Of a stretch of DNA of 64,000 nucleotides, positions 42,211-54,592 are shown piece after piece. The stretch is from Macrostomum lignano (taxonomy: Eukaryota), in contig NIVC01001549.1 of assembly GCA_002269645.1 (NCBI GenBank), positions 205,411 to 269,410 of the forward strand. Direction: 5' to 3'. The stretch's first letter is position 1, and each line of letters begins with the position of its first letter. A program made the translations under genes and the position numbers. Below the pieces are notes generated by a model. The model searched no databases. It was not told the origin of the DNA and saw only the letters and a program-made list of their open reading frames with translations.

Positions 42211-42683
42211 AAAGTTTTTAAATAGCTCGTATACGCTCATAGGAGCATATTGTAATAACTTCCTCTTACCAGATAAGTCCAAAGCTTAACAGTTCAGTTC
42301 TAAACACTTGTAAGTTTTGTCTGTAAGGTTTCAGCTTCAACTGATTAGGTTGAGGTAAAGTTTTCCATATTTGCTGCTGCCTCATGATGTGCAATAGACA
42401 AAACTTCAGCCGCTAAATCTAATTGAATGTTATGGATAGATAGATAGAAATACCGCTCCTAATTTTCAGACCTTCTAGTTTGTTTACAGTACGACTGAAC
42501 TGTCAAGCATTGAACTTATCCGATGAGAGGTTAAGAAAAAAGTGTACGCTCGTACCCTACAGATACTAGATACTCCTGGCTTGAGGAGCATACTCCCAAT
42601 CATAGCACTCGTACTTGCCAAGTACACCTACCAACGTACATAAACATCAGTGTACTTTATGACCGGTTTCAGTTGCAGACAAA

Positions 42684-44700
42684 ATGGATCGCACCCCAGT
42701 GTGCTGCACTGCCTACACAAGTCCTAACGACCTATGGCTGCAAATCCGTTGGGATGGCGGTCAGCAGCTCAAGTCATTGATGGTAGCCGCTACGAAATGG
42801 GCCGCTGCTGATCAGACTGCAAATGTCCCATTGAGCACTTTGAGCTCAAACAAAGACTGGGTTCTGGTTCGTCCGAACAATTGGAATCTGTGGTTTCGCG
42901 CCAGACTACTGGGTCCAGTGGCTAGCGACAAGAGCTGCTGTCAGGTGCAGCTGGTGGACTTTGGAAACCGGCTATACTTGCCGCAGAGCCCCGACCGCCT
43001 GCTGCCGATGCCCGAATTCTTCGGAGAACAGAAGCTGCCGAGCTGCGCGGTGCCGTGCCGACTGGCGAGAATTTCACAGCGCAGCGACTGGTCCAAGCGA
43101 GACGCTAAACGGCTCGAGGAGCTGCTCACCATGACTACAGAGGATCGGATTCTAGATGCCGAATTCGATTGGGAAAAGTCAAGTGCGAACGCGCCGACGC
43201 CTGTGGAGCTCTACCAGCGCGGTAGCGAGTTGTCAATCAACGACGCGTTTGGTAATAGAACCGGCAGTCTGATTGCCAAGCTGAGAAGCGGCCAGGCAGT
43301 GAATTTCTTGCCAGCTAATCCGACCACGCTGAGGTCAATGCCACTAGTGCAGCAGAATCAACCAATAAATGATTTCGACAACTCGTGGGACCAGCCTTTC
43401 AATGGCATGGTCAGCCATGTGACGGACAAGGGCATCGTGTTCGTACAGAAGGACGAAAAACTACTGTCTGGTCTTCAGAGTCAGCTCGAGCTGCTGAGCG
43501 ACAGCGAAGATCTAGTTCGATTTTCGGCGAGCTCGTTGCCAGATAAGGATGAGATTTTCGCTGTTTTCCAGGTAAGTAGTGCATGGCTACATGCATAAGC
43601 TATAGCGGTATTAGCCTATCAACTTGTATGCTTTTCACCAAAGCCACCGATTTTACCTACTTATTTTTATACTTTTCAATGTCCATGGCATCAACGAAAA
43701 AATGAAAACACTTAATCTTGCAACACTGCCCCACGCTTCGCAGGAGCCGCCACTCCGTCACTACAGAGGACGAGTTTTAGAACTCCTTGGGGGTCAGCGA
43801 GTCAAGCTGCTTATCATTGACTTCGGCTTCGAGCTGATAGTCGATTGGAATCAGTGCGCCAAACTACCAGGTAGAATTCGTTACAAACCGCAGTGCTGCC
43901 CGTTTCTACCTGTGCGTCAGGGTCAGGTTAAATCCGGAGACCCAGGCATGGATCGCCTAAGTTCGCTTTGGAAGGAAGTCAACAAGAACACTTCTCCAGT
44001 CAGGGTGACGGTTACTCCTACTGAAGTTCCGGACATGGACCCAGTCGAGGTGCAAACTGCAAGAATTGACGTCCATCTGAACAACGGCGGTAGAGAGGAC
44101 ATCGTGGACTTTCTGCTTAGCACTGGAGCTTCGAAATGCGCTGACACGAAAACTGTTGATCTGAGCACATGCAAGTATCGAAACTGCAGAGAGGAGCTCA
44201 ACTGGGACGTGGACAATATCGTCTGTGGCACGTGCACCCACGTAGAAACCGAGAATTCAGTCGAGCAGTTCGTATTCTTCCAACCGAACACTATGCAAGC
44301 AGTCGCCGAACAACTAAAGCTAAAACTGACAATTTCCACCGACAAGCTGGAAAAATATGACGCAACCAGCTTCAAACAATTGCCAACGCCAGTTCTTGTA
44401 CAGAAAGACGAAGACGGTGCCAATTTTCAACGCGCCACGGTGGACAATGTTGACAAGACAACGTGCGACGTAACCTACGTAGATATGGGCAAACGGCAGC
44501 AAGGTGTTCCAATTGGCAGACTCTATAAACTGCCTAGCGATCTGCTAACACTACCAACAATCTGTGTCAAGTGCCAATTGATAAATAAAGCTACCGGCTC
44601 CGAAACCGATGAAGTCAAAATTGGCGACGTGAAAATCTTTACTATTGTTGGCGTGGCCGATGGCGCCTACAAGATTGCCATCGTGGGGACTGGACATTGA
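42684..44700 (+). CDS. Multi-Tudor domain protein (three extended Tudor domains, TDRD-like); exons 42684-43571 and 43744-44700, about 614 aa
   Basis: Phase-0 intron CAG|GTAAGT..cttcgcag|GAG rejoins a split Tudor (EIFAVFQ|EPPLRHYRGRV..IIDFG). The other Tudors are WFRARL..QLVDFGN and FQRATV..TYVDMGK, each followed by an LPxxxxxCxL-type motif. Confidence 0.85.
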
Positions 44701-45867
44701 ACCTACCTTCGATATCATATCTAGATACTCAACATGCGAACATAAAAACTGCTGTTTATCCTACTTCAAGTACGAGCATACAGTAACTCAAAACTATATC
44801 TCGTACAGATGACCAGAAAGTTATTCATCTGCACTTTTAATTACAATAATTAGCAGCGAAATATCCATTACTACTCTTTATATTCCACAGCGCCTATTTT
44901 TTTATGTAAGCTACGCGCAAAAATAATTAAAATAAACACGTAACTTCTCAGTAACTTCTCGTATTTGTAACCAATAGGTTACATTCAAGCACACAGGGTA
45001 TTACGTATAATGTATCAACTTGCATGTGTATTTTATAAGTACAAATTGAAGCGACAAAAACTGACTTCGAGAAGAAGCTGCACAATCATCATTAGCATCA
45101 GTCCAACAATGTAAATGCTGATACCGCTAGGTCCATGGCAGACAGCTTGAAGCACTTAACAGGTTTCTGTGTCGATTTTGCTTCTCGAGTGGATGACTGA
45201 CACCTGAAAAGTATTGTGAGCAACTTTTTTCGTTTGCTGTTTTTACAGGAAAAAATGTATACTGCTATTAATTAAGCTGTGGCGATCAGGTGGGCGAGTG
45301 CAGTGGTAATAGTACATTCAGCCCCTCAGATTACTAAAGATAAAAGGCATCATGCGCCAAACAGCATCACAACTTAGTAAACTAAAATGTAAGATCCAGG
45401 CAAAACAGCGTGGGTGTGCTTGTTTTAAATGACGCTGCCCCAATCGCACAGGTAGTAGTTAAAAGTCCCACTTCCGACTACTTATTTAGTAATATCAGAA
45501 GAGGGTCTTTAGAGACATATTTGAGACCTGAATCATGAATTATGTACGCCCGGCCTTACAACCGGAATCACAGGCGATGCTCTTAAGTGACCGGTCAAGA
45601 TTACAGGCGATTGTAATTAAATAAGTTTTCACTCTGGTGTCATTTGGCGTCGGATTGTTAAAATTGCCTTTATAGTTATCATCATTGGGGCAATGCATTA
45701 TAATAGGTACGAGTATTTATAAAAAACTTCAAAAGAAAGAACCTAAACTAAATAAAAACTCGTATATTGAAAAACTGTATCTTAAGATTACTACCCTCGT
45801 ATAAGATCACCAGTGACCTGAGTATCTAAGAAGCTGAATATATGAGATGCTGGCCCAGCAACTAAAG

Positions 45868-46050
45868 ATCTGGGAAACTGACCCAGCCATTAAGGATCTG
45901 GGAGGCTACCCAGCCATTAAGGATCTGGGAAGCTGACCCAGCAACTGAGTATCTGGGAAGCTGACCCAGCAATTGAGGATCTGGGACGGTGGCTCAGCAA
46001 TTCAGGATCTGGGAAGCTGACCTAGCAATTGTGGATCTGGGAGGCTGGCC
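45868..46050. repeat. Degenerate about 28-bp tandem repeat (GATCTGGGAAGCTGACCCAGCAATTGAG-like)
   Basis: About six diverged copies. Confidence 0.75.
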
Positions 46051-46685
46051 TATTATCTGAGAGAGAGGAGAGCATTCAACTACATAATAATGAGTACTAA
46101 AAACGAATACTTAACACTGCTTAGTAAACAATTATATAGTCAGTAGGCTCAGACAATATTGGACAGTTGATTTCATAACTGAATTAGCTGGCAATCATAT
46201 TAGTCAATTGAGAAATATTTTCCCTAAACACTAAAACGATTGCCAAACAGCCTGTACGAGCGACGCCAGCTATCTGACACCTTCCCGTGGAAATGCAAAA
46301 AATAGAACTGCTTGCAATCCACAGTTAAGTAAAGAAGGGCCCGCCGCTCAAGGAGCAAGTGCAATAGTAGCTCCCACACTGTCCCTGGCCATTGCAGTGT
46401 CTGCGTATCGCTCGGTGAATCTGCTAAAGCGTTACGCATGTTAAAATAGCAAACCAGAGTCTCAAATTAGCGCGCCATTGTCATCATTGCCTGATTTAGT
46501 AACTGTTCAAATTGTACAAATATACAAGGCTTGTTCTGTTCAGTTTGACTAGGCCTAGGCTTTCTGTCACAATATTGGGATTCTATTTTTAGCCACAGCA
46601 AGTTTGGGACTTTTTAAGTCACAATGGAAAGCATTCTGAATACCACGCAATTTCCAACAACTTACTCAATCGGATTAAAAGCCAC

Positions 46686-47807
46686 TCAGATAAACTTGGA
46701 TCTCATCAATTTAATTGGCAGTCGAAGTTTCAATTGTCGCATCACCCGAACAAACTGATAAGGAAACGGCGCTTTAATAACTGACACTGATGCAGAATCG
46801 CTAGGGGATTTGCTCGGATCCACTGGCACAGCAACGCGTTGGCAGTGCAAGAACAATGGCAAATCTCTAGCCCTAGCTGGCCGAATACCCAGTCTAGTTA
46901 GTGTGCTCTCCGGCAATCGTTGGGGCATCAGCCGATCTCGCATGCTCGAATACTTGTGATCACCGAGCACTGGCGTGTTCAAACCATAGCCCAGATGCAC
47001 CCGGATCTGATGCTTGCAACCTGTTAATGGTTGGACTTCAACCAGAGCGCATCGTTCGAATTTGTCAACAACTCGATACCGGGTGATAGCTTCTTTAGCT
47101 CCCGACCTGCTCGAAGCTGTCGGCACTCGAGCTCTAGTCAGCACCGTCAAGTTGGCTTCATCAAGAGCCGACTGAGTCGGGCGTAAGGCCGCTCGCCAAT
47201 CACAGTCTCTATGCTTAGCCGAAGCTGTCAATGGGATGTCAACGATGCCCTCCAACGGACTGGGCACATCGCGAGTTATACAATAATAGTACTTTTCTAT
47301 ACGGCGTTCTTTAAAGCAGAGCTTTAAATGTCGAGCCTGCTGCTCGGTGCGAGCTAACAGTACAATGCCAGTTGAAGTTCGATCGATTCGATGCACCGGG
47401 TGCAGGTGAGGACAAGACAGTCGAGCCGCAAGGCCTGGCAGGTGATCGATTAAGTTAATTGATCCGCGAGCAACTGTGCCACCCTGACAGCACACATTGT
47501 AGGGCTTGTTAATTGCTACAATGCCGTATTTATCCCAGACAATGTTCTTATAAAGAAATTCGACAATTTCATCAGGCTTTAGGCTGGCGAATGACCAGGT
47601 ACGCTTGTTGGGTAGAACAGACCCGTCTTCTTTGTCTATGGGATTGTTAATAGGCATTTTATCGCCTTGTTTCACTTGAGCAGACGACTCAGATTTAGCC
47701 ATTTTTTCACTGTTATTAATCATCTCAGTACGAATTTTCAAAGCATAGTCAAATGCAGTGGCACTAGATGCATAGCATCGGGTGAAGGCTGGCAGTAGTG
47801 GCATCAT
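46686..47807 (-). CDS. RPUSD4: RluA-family RNA pseudouridine synthase, mitochondrial RPUSD4-like
   Basis: AINKPY, HRIDRTSTG (catalytic Asp), KYYYCIT, TGCKHQIRVHLGYGLNTPVLGDHKYS and LFLH motifs; N-terminus resembles a mitochondrial presequence; intronless. Confidence 0.85.
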   Translation of the reverse strand: MMPLLPAFTRCYASSATAFDYALKIRTEMINNSEKMAKSESSAQVKQGDKMPINNPIDKEDGSVLPNKRTWSFASLKPDEIVEFLYKNIVWDKYGIVAINKPYNVCCQGGTVARGSINLIDHLPGLAARLSCPHLHPVHRIDRTSTGIVLLARTEQQARHLKLCFKERRIEKYYYCITRDVPSPLEGIVDIPLTASAKHRDCDWRAALRPTQSALDEANLTVLTRARVPTASSRSGAKEAITRYRVVDKFERCALVEVQPLTGCKHQIRVHLGYGLNTPVLGDHKYSSMRDRLMPQRLPESTLTRLGIRPARARDLPLFLHCQRVAVPVDPSKSPSDSASVSVIKAPFPYQFVRVMRQLKLRLPIKLMRSKFI

Positions 47808-50800
47808 GTAAAATCATGAAATAGAACATTAAAAGACAGCAAATCATATAAGTATGGATTGTTTGTTAAATAATAAAATAATTTCCTATCTTAAACTGAA
47901 AAAATAAGCTACATTATTAAATTAACATCATACTTTCCCTGGGGCATTAGCAGCTATGAGTCAAGAGTGTTCTCAGCTAAGAATGCATGAATCTTGTGTT
48001 AGAATTTCAGGAGCCAATAGTTACAATCTAGGAATTTCTTCTAAAGTGAAGCTAAGAAAGACAGGTGCTAAAAGTAAAAGTGTTGCACAATGTGGACATT
48101 CTATAATGAGTGAGTCAAACAAACCAAGACTGCAAGATATACAAAAAAGCTCCTTTGGTGTATTTTTATAACAAGATAGAAAAAGTAAAAACGTCTATTT
48201 TGAAATTTAGCAGGAGCTTAGCTTTGACATGAAACTTGCACAAAAGTAGTCACAGGTACATGATGAAATAAAGAGCAACATGAAGAGCATCTATTATAAA
48301 GTGAAGGTCTAATAATTATGCATTTATTTAAATTCAATGGCATACATAAGCACTATGAGCTATAACACTAATAAGGTGATATATTGTTGCACATACAAAT
48401 GCAACTTCCTAAATTTAATCTAGCCAATGTGACAGTTGGCCATAAAATCATATACCTTTATCTAGAAGGTACTTTTGCAATAGCTTTGCACTGTATAAGC
48501 ATATGCAATTCAAATCTTTTCTCCCTGCCTTCAAATATCTTTTTTCCTTAAGGAATGTATCCCTTAAAAATTATTGATGCTTGGTACCTGCCTTGGCTTT
48601 GGCAAAGCAAGACAAGCTAATGATAAATGAACAAACTAAAAACTAAATTTGGTTGCAACTTATTTGTAATTAAGAACTAGCAATTCTAAGGAGCCCTACT
48701 AAACAATTATCTATATAGCAACAATAGCAGCTAATAGTTTGGAAGCCTATTGAATAATATATATATAAGTCATATTGCCTAATAACTAAGCAAGTTCATT
48801 TAACTTCTATGCCTAATGGACAATGACCTCACATAAGCTCTCCTCAGAAGTTCCCTATAGCCATATCCTAAGAACAGAGCCACACAGCTTTAAAGCATAA
48901 ACCCAATATAGCTATGGTTGAATGCTAGCTTTGTAGTCTAGTGGGCCTTAACTTCAATAGCCAATATAGCCACTACAACTATAACTACTGTCCATGCATG
49001 GATTTGGGGACTTAATCAACAAAGAGTTACAATGCCATATGCATGCTGCAGTTAGGTGGTAGTGGCTAAAGTTAGGATAAATGTTTTCACTTTCAATACA
49101 AGATAAGATCTTTAAGTCCCTAGGGTCAAAGATTTAAACAACATTTTTGATATTGTAAAAACATTGTAGTTTAAATAGGGCATTTGCCATTATCAAAGAA
49201 GTAATAAGGCAATATACCTAGAAATTTGCTATATTTTTGTATGCTAGGTGCTACAAATGCATATCAAAGGAATCAAAGAAATAACAAATGTCACTACTTT
49301 CTTACCTAGTCACTAGTTTATTTAGACTTCTCATCTGCTATTTAGCTCTCTTTGTTTACATTGTCTCAAACAATATAGTTCAAACCTCTCTTTCTCTCTT
49401 TCCTTTTCCTTTTTCTGATTGGTCAGTTTCTCATTCTTTTATAAGCCTCTTATTCTCTCACCTGTTGCATATTCTACCCTCCTTACTTTATGTCAGCCAA
49501 CCTTTTTAGTTAAGCCTTCAAGTCCATTTGGCCTAGAGGCTCTTCCAAATATGTCAAGCCATTTATTGGCTAGCTTATTTGACTAAACATGCCTATAACA
49601 AGCTCCCAAAGTGGCCAACAAATTGCTAGGCCTAGCAGCAAGTTCAATTGATATCTTCATATGGTATGGAATTCAGAGTTATGGCCTCGAAAGTCATAGT
49701 TTTAAGAGTTGGATAGTTGAGTTGAAACATTGTTAAGCAAAATTTGGTAGTATGATATGCATATTTAAGTCTTTGTCTACTCTCACAAGACCTAGTCTAG
49801 CTAGTTTCAGCTTTTTATTGTTTGTTTTTTGTGACTGGTAAAGAGCAAGAGGACAATGTATTAGTTATAATAAATGCCAATATGGCCATAAGCCCCCTCA
49901 CTGCCAAGGATATTATTAAGGCAATGGAATAGACTACCTATACACCAGATATAAAATAGCTTGTATAGTTAGCAATTAAGCACAATTGCTTAGTACCATA
50001 TCTTAAAATCAATATTTCACAAATATGTATAGTCCTATTGGAACCTTCCAAGAGACAATCCTATCTAGTGAAGACTACAATGACTAGTTTAAACTTGATA
50101 TTAAGGGCTACATTGTTGAAGTTGCTAAAGCTCCTAAGCAAGCAAATGACTTGACACTGTAACTACAATTGACATTTCAGTCTAGCAAAGTGGTCAATGC
50201 TAAACTAAATGAGCAAGTTTTCTAAGCAGCATTCTACAACAATCTAGATATACAGCCATGCTGGTCAAGGGACATGCTTGTTGCTAGATTTTATAGACCC
50301 ACTTTATTGAGATGGCATAGATAGATACGTTTTTATGCAATATTTACATTTGGCTTATTTTTTATATAACATAAAAAAACTTACCAAATTTAAAATGTAT
50401 ATACTTCAATATTTCTTTTCAAATTATGCCAAGAAAGTATATTTCAAGAAAATATACCTTTGTTCATTATTATTATTATTTTTATAGTTTCTTAAAGCCT
50501 GATTTACCAAAGTATCCTAATTTTATTATATGAAGCTCAAATAAATATATGATTTGCAAAAGTGACTATAGAGTAATTTTTGGCATTTAACATTTCTTGG
50601 CATCAACCTTGACTACAGGCTTACTCTAAAACCCCATTGTGAGGCTGTTATCACCAAATGCAGAGCACTTATTATGCTATGGTGCTATGGTACAAACAGA
50701 GAGAGTGGGCCACCTCTACATCTCCAATCCAGCCTAAACTAGCAAATAAAGCAAAAAGAACATTAAGCAACAACAAAGGAAATGAACAACAAACAAAAAA

Positions 50801-51924
50801 ACTTGCCAAGAAGAGTCAGAGCGGCATCCAAGCTAAATCCACATAGTAAATTGTTGCATAGGTCCCACACTGTGGATAACCTATAGATGCCAATTTCAGC
50901 CAGGAACCCACATTGGGCCTGCAGACCCTAACCTAGTAGACCTCAAAAGGCTCTTAATCTTGTACCAAGCAACAATTGCTTTTCTGTGCTCTTGTCAATA
51001 GTTTGATTTTTTTTATATACCCATGAAAAAATCATGCATCCCGTGTCTAAACCCAATTCAAATATTTCTTCTACTTTCACTATTTATAGTAGCATCTAGA
51101 GAAGAAAGCCATTATAAATGATTACTAAAATGACAAAAATAAAAGTTTAAAAGAATGTCACCATTTGGGCTAGAACAGTGCATAGGCTCACTCTTATCTA
51201 TTATCAGGCTCTCAATTAGCTATACTCACAAATATCTATTAAACAAAATAAATAGCTTTTACTACCTTTATACTACATTTTTTCTTCCAAATTTTTTTAT
51301 ACAAAATAACTATTATTGCAAACCTTCAAATAATGCTCATTTTAATAATTATAAATATGTATATTGCGGCTAAGCCCCCCCCCCCAAGGGCTGACCTATA
51401 ACCTTACATTTTTAAGGTCAATGCATATTAACAACAACAAAGTCATTTTATTAGAGCTATTAGAGTTGCATTAGATGATACCAATGGTTGGCATTGGCAC
51501 TAATGCTATGAAATTGCTTTGAGACCATACTACAAAGCAAAGCTCTATTATATAGGCATTAGCAATTATGACTAAAACAGAATTAAGGTCTACTATTTTT
51601 ACTTTAGGAACCAAGCAACAAAAATATGATTCAAGCAAAGCCATTGATTCTAGGTTTTTTGTTTCATAGGCATACAATGACATGTCAAAATTAAAAATGG
51701 CATAATGATTTTTTGCCATTATGTTATTGTCAAATTACCAATGCTAAATCCCTGATTCCAAATTTCAGTTTTAACCATAAACTTTTAAATTTGTTCAAAT
51801 ATTACCTTGTTTGTTGTGATAGCTGCATTTTATCAATTTATTTGTTATGCCAATGGCATATTGAAATTGAAAATGACATAATGATTTTGATACTATTATG
51901 CGAAATGGCAATGAAAAACCTAGC

Positions 51925-52916
51925 ATTGATCAATATATATATATATAGACGCAAAAAGTTAGATAGCTTTTGCGCGCACGCGCTCGCAGAACAGTCGGGA
52001 GGGGCAGGCCATGGCGGACTGGGGATCAAGTCCGATAGCCTGCAAGTCAGCCAACAGAGTGGTAATTAGCGTCACAGTTCTTCCTTGGCCGCGGCGCAGC
52101 CGCTCGGTCGGTTGGTGCAGGAGGACCAGCGCAAGCGGGTTTCGCTCGCCGCGACCGTGGCTCCTCAGACAGTGGCCCAGCAGCATCTGGCGGCGCCGGC
52201 GCAGGGTGACGCTCAGGGCTGGGACGCCGGCGCGAACCATCAGGTCTCTGGACGGCAGCCTCTCCGGGTAGTGCACGCCCAGGGCGTGGCGCAGCAGGGA
52301 CCTGTATAGCGCGTCCAGGGCTTTCTCTCGCGTGGCGGTCATCGGCACTGCTTCCATGCCGTACAGAAGGATAGGCTCAACGGCAGCGCGGAAGAGGCGC
52401 ACCTTCAGGCTGTCTCTTGCAGCAGAGTTGAAGACGTTCCTGAGAAGGTGCGCCGCACGCCAGGCCTGATTCCTTCTGTCGGAGACGATGGAGTCGGGAC
52501 TCATCACCAGGGAGCCGAGGTACCGAAAGTCCTCGCACACCGCGATGGCGTCTCCGTTGGGCAGATCTAGTGCCGGGGCGGTATCAGTGCCCACGTGCAG
52601 CACTTCTGTCTTCAGTGCGTTGATCATCAGTCCAACCCGAGCGCCCTCCTCGCAGAGTCTTAAGAGAGCGCGTTGGGCAGCAGCTGGATCGCGACAGAGG
52701 AGTGCGATGTCGTCGGCATACGCAAGAGCCGGCAGCGGGACTGGCACAAGCTCTGGCGTCCTTCAGGGCGACACGCTGGCTCCTCTGCTTTTCATCATGG
52801 TCGTGGACTACGTGCTGCGCCGGTCTCTCCATGATGACGACGGCTATGTGCTAGTCCCACGTCGAAGCTCCCGACACCCTGCAGTCCCGCTGCCGGCTCT
52901 TGCGTATTGATCAATA
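51925..52916 (-). mobile_element. 5'-truncated, 5'-inverted non-LTR retrotransposon (RTE-like RT 3' half) with (TA)n tail and 11-bp TSD
   Basis: Minus ORF 52747-51959 carries LAYADDIALL and the RT C-terminus. Plus segment 52744-52907 encodes the preceding GVLQGDTLAPLLFIMVVDYVLR. TSD ATTGATCAATA at 51925-51935 and 52906-52916. Confidence 0.88.
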
Positions 52917-53806
52917 CGCTCATACTAAGCAAAAGCGTATCAATATATTTTGTAAAAATTTCAATTTCAATTTCAAAGATAAAAATAAATATATTTTGCA
53001 TTGATAAAAATTTCTTGTCTAGCTAGATATGAATCTAGAATCATATTTATAGAATTGGCTATCTAGCAATATCATTCATTAAACTCACTATAGGGCATAG
53101 GCCTATGTAAATTTTAGCTATTGACAAGAAACTTTCCAAAAATAAATATTTTCATATTATGCCAGCATTTTAGAAAGGTTTTTTTCATTAAAATTCCACT
53201 CATCATTAATCATTAATTGAGATAGCATAATTTATGTTGGGGCAAAAGGTTGTCCACCAGCCATTTTAAAATAGAAAGCACTTTATTTGCAATATTTGTT
53301 GCTTAGCAACAAAATATTTCTAATTCCAAACCACTTTTCTTAAAGCCCCTGGATTCATAACTAATTTTGGCCATAGAGTAGAGTAGGACATAAGCAATCC
53401 ATTGTTACATATGAAAAAAGACCTTAGTCTAGCTATGGCAATGGGATTTGTATACTATTGCTGCTACAAAGCAAAGCTGCAATGTCCAAATTGCAATCTA
53501 ATTCCTGAACTGATTTATCATTTGGCAATATATTCATGTATTCATGAATGATATAAAACTATTACTAATAGTACTGGCACTTATCCAAAACAAAGGTATG
53601 AATAAATAGTTGTTTTTAATTTATTTTGTGTCTAAGTAATAAATTTTACTAATGGTATGATGCAATTGCCATACCAAAAAACATTCATTGTAAATGAATC
53701 AATAGGGCAGGATTGCTAGCTAAATAATGATGCATTTATTTGACTGCTGCCACACTGGCTAAATGGTAACAAACTTATTCAACCAGTGCCAGCTAAATAA
53801 GCATTG

Positions 53807-54592
53807 GGCTCATTCCATATAAGATGGACATATTTGGAAAATAGAAAAAAGTCAATATTTTTGCTTGCCATTGCCTAATTAGCCTATTTTTTTACCAAAT
53901 GTTTATATTGTGCAATATATACAATCTAAGAATAAAGGAATGGTAAAATGTTGGATTAGTATGTTATCAATTGGCAAAAAGTCATTTTTGTAAAAATTTG
54001 GACATTTTTCGAAGCAAAAGACATCATTAAGATTTTGTACCTTTTAAAAACAAATAGAAAGCTTTTGAAGGTTGAAACAAACTATAGATAAAAGTATAGT
54101 ACTTGCATCATCAGATAAAAGCATTGGTGACCAAATAATCTATTATATTTTTAATGTATTAGTACCTCAAAGTTACTGAATTGACAGAAAAAAATATGTT
54201 ACGACCATAATGTTACGACCATAAGGCTGCCTTTTCTTTTGTATCTTTGTTGCCTTTTGAGTTTATATATTCTAATAAAAGAGTATGATTTCTAAAGATG
54301 TTCTTAGTCAAATTTTAAAAATGTATTGCAAAATATCAAAAATGAAAAATGTTATAAGACTTTTACCTTTTAGTTTCTATATGTCAAAAATCCTGTCGTT
54401 ACGACCATAAGTGTCATTTAAGGTTTAATAGCATCTATACTAATGATGATATCTATATGAAACTCTATAAATATATTCTAGACAAAATAATATTTCATTT
54501 AAAATATTGGTTTAGTATATTCTATTATTAGATTTCATTTTATAAGTAAAAATAACCTGTCATGTTACGACCATGCTTATATGGAATGAGCC
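53807..54592. mobile_element. 786-bp non-autonomous TIR element with 17-bp TIRs and 4-bp TSD
   Basis: GGCTCATTCCATATAAG at 53807 and its reverse complement ending at 54592; ATTG on both flanks; four internal GTTACGACCAT motifs. Confidence 0.75.

Noticed and set aside
43624-43743. N-terminal 40 aa of ORF 43624-44700 as a separate gene start
   Set aside because: It lies within the phase-0 intron 43572-43743, which rejoins a split Tudor domain.
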